Part shown: positions 25,966-27,397 of the stretch, one piece after another
Layout: each line of letters begins with the position of its first letter
Numbering within the stretch: the first letter of the stretch is position 1
Assembly (NCBI GenBank): GCA_031425655.1
Contig: JANPJS010000281.1
Location: 1 to 27,397, forward strand
Source: Abditibacteriaceae bacterium
GTDB taxonomy: Bacteria > Armatimonadota > Abditibacteriia > Abditibacteriales > Abditibacteriaceae
Direction: 5' to 3'
Length of the DNA: 27,397 nt
The notes under the pieces: model-generated
Seen by the model: the letters and a program-made list of their open reading frames with translations, nothing else
Database searches by the model: none
Told to the model about the DNA's origin: nothing
Made by a program: the position numbers and the translations under genes

Positions 25966-27397
25966 AATTTGGGCGCCGCTTCTTTGATTTCGGCAGTTTT
26001 CGTTTCCGGCGCTCCGGGTTTAGCACTCCACGCCATTTTTTCGCCCAAAGGCTTGCCGTTGGCCTCGCGCCATGCGTAGACGGAGCCGTCGGCGGCGCCG
26101 GCAATTATGGTTTTGCCGTCGGGACTGAGGGCAACCGAGTAAACCCAATCGGCGGGCTGATCGGTTTTCTGCTTGTGCGAGGTCAAATCGCCGTTCCAAA
26201 ATTCCAGATTCCGATTGGCCGCGCCCCACACGAAAGCGCTGCCATCCGAGGAAAACGAAATGGCGTTGACCACATCGCCGCTGCCGTGATTGCGTAGCGG
26301 GTTAGCTAAAGCGTCGAGTTTGAGCGGCCAGACGCGAACTTGCTTGTCGGCGCACGCCGTCACCAGCAAATCGCCTTTAGGACTAAAAGCTAAAGCCGTC
26401 ACAGCGTCGCCATGCGAAATCGAGGCAACAGAACGCTTATAATCGCTGGTTTTATACAATTTCACGCTGCGGTCGCCGCTGCCGGTCGCCATCCATTGAC
26501 CATCGGGGCTAAAAGCGACGGCAAAAACCGGATCAACGTGGTCTTTCAATAAGTGCAGCACGGCGCCACTTTGGGCATCCCAAACCTGCACGGTTTTATC
26601 TAAGCTGGCCGTCGCAAACTGCGGAGTGTTCGGTTTCCAGGCGAGGCTAAAAATGCTGTCGCTGTGCGCCGCAATAAGCTTCGGCGCGTCCCAATTGTCG
26701 GCTGTCCAGAGCAGAATCTCGCCTGCTCCGCCCGGCGCGCCGCTGGTAGCCGCCAGACGTGCGCCATCCGATGACCACGCGAGGGCCAAAACCTGATCGC
26801 TCGGCCCGCTTAAAGTGCGAACAACGGCGCCGGTTTCAGGATTCAAGAGGCGCACGCCGCGATAACTTCCAACTGCTATCGTTTTACCGTCCGGGGCATA
26901 ACTCAAGGCGGTAATCGGCGCAATCTGCGGCGCAGCGTCTAACGCGGGAACAGCGGGCGACAAAGCCGGCGGCGGATTTAACGGCTTGATTTGCGGCTTG
27001 GTGACGGGCGCTGTCGGCGTCATGGAATCTATCTTGGCGCCTTCGTCTATCCAGCGGCGCACGAGGGCAATTTTGTCCTGTGGCCAGGGATTGCGGGGCG
27101 GCATTTGCGGCTTCAATTCGCCGATCAAATACTTGATAAGTGTGCTGTCTTTGCTTTTGCCGGGAATTGCCGCAACGCCGTGCCGCCCTCCGGCCAAAAA
27201 TTTCGCGGCTGTGTCCTGACTATAGCCGCCCGGCGCCGCCGAACCGCTATGACAAACAGCACAATCTTCCTGCATTAACGGCAAAAGATCGCGGCTGAAT
27301 TTCACGCGCGGCGGAGCTGAAGCAGGCGCGGGCGCCGCTTGTGCAAAAGGCAGCGCACACCAAAAAGCGACAACGAAAAGAAGGCCCAGCCGTGAAA
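25962..27397 (-). CDS. Planctomycete-type cytochrome c (PSCyt1-like) domain + WD40 repeat protein (start codon outside window)
   Basis: F.RD..P.....CAVCH heme motif, G..G.A.IPG.S..S.L, MPP and RWIDEGA, then about 7 WD40 repeats. The frame stays open to the window edge and encodes a signal-peptide-like SRLGLLFVVAFWCALPFAQA. Confidence 0.88.
   Translation of the reverse strand, partial: SRLGLLFVVAFWCALPFAQAAPAPASAPPRVKFSRDLLPLMQEDCAVCHSGSAAPGGYSQDTAAKFLAGGRHGVAAIPGKSKDSTLIKYLIGELKPQMPPRNPWPQDKIALVRRWIDEGAKIDSMTPTAPVTKPQIKPLNPPPALSPAVPALDAAPQIAPITALSYAPDGKTIAVGSYRGVRLLNPETGAVVRTLSGPSDQVLALAWSSDGARLAATSGAPGGAGEILLWTADNWDAPKLIAAHSDSIFSLAWKPNTPQFATASLDKTVQVWDAQSGAVLHLLKDHVDPVFAVAFSPDGQWMATGSGDRSVKLYKTSDYKRSVASISHGDAVTALAFSPKGDLLVTACADKQVRVWPLKLDALANPLRNHGSGDVVNAISFSSDGSAFVWGAANRNLEFWNGDLTSHKQKTDQPADWVYSVALSPDGKTIIAGAADGSVYAWREANGKPLGEKMAWSAKPGAPETKTAEIKEAAPKL

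Noticed and set aside
26042..26051. cgcccaaagg, a partial match to the insertion motif
   Set aside because: It is short, in frame (GKPLGE) and shows no sign of insertion.

Overview
GC-rich bacterial window; the gene content suggests an Armatimonadota/Abditibacteriota-like host, but this is low-confidence inference. From left to right it contains: an RDD membrane protein gene (5'-truncated); a minus-strand mutM, low-GC hypothetical and HIT gene run; and a divergent 14.8-kb gene for a 4929-aa secreted surface protein. That protein has six CSLREA-capped beta-helix modules, a Calx-beta domain, a 7-blade RCC1 propeller and a short unassigned C-terminal domain. Next is a repeat hotspot with a terminator, a GTAG REP doublet, two CCCCTCCCC-type palindromes and a complete ISAs1 element with 19-bp IRs and a 10-bp TSD. 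Then come a Pro/Ala-rich membrane protein with an 8-Cys two-CW-like domain, a GH43 arabinanase-ricin protein, a Tat-exported GH144-like glucanase, an IS630 remnant and a Planctomycete-type cytochrome c-WD40 / PPC-domain gene pair (truncated at the edge). The most unusual signal is an identical 17-nt hairpin motif (TCGGGTGCCCTTTGGGC). It appears to be an insertion at two unrelated sites: one frameshifts the ISAs1 transposase and the other sits in a palindrome loop. It is a candidate ultra-small mobile element.
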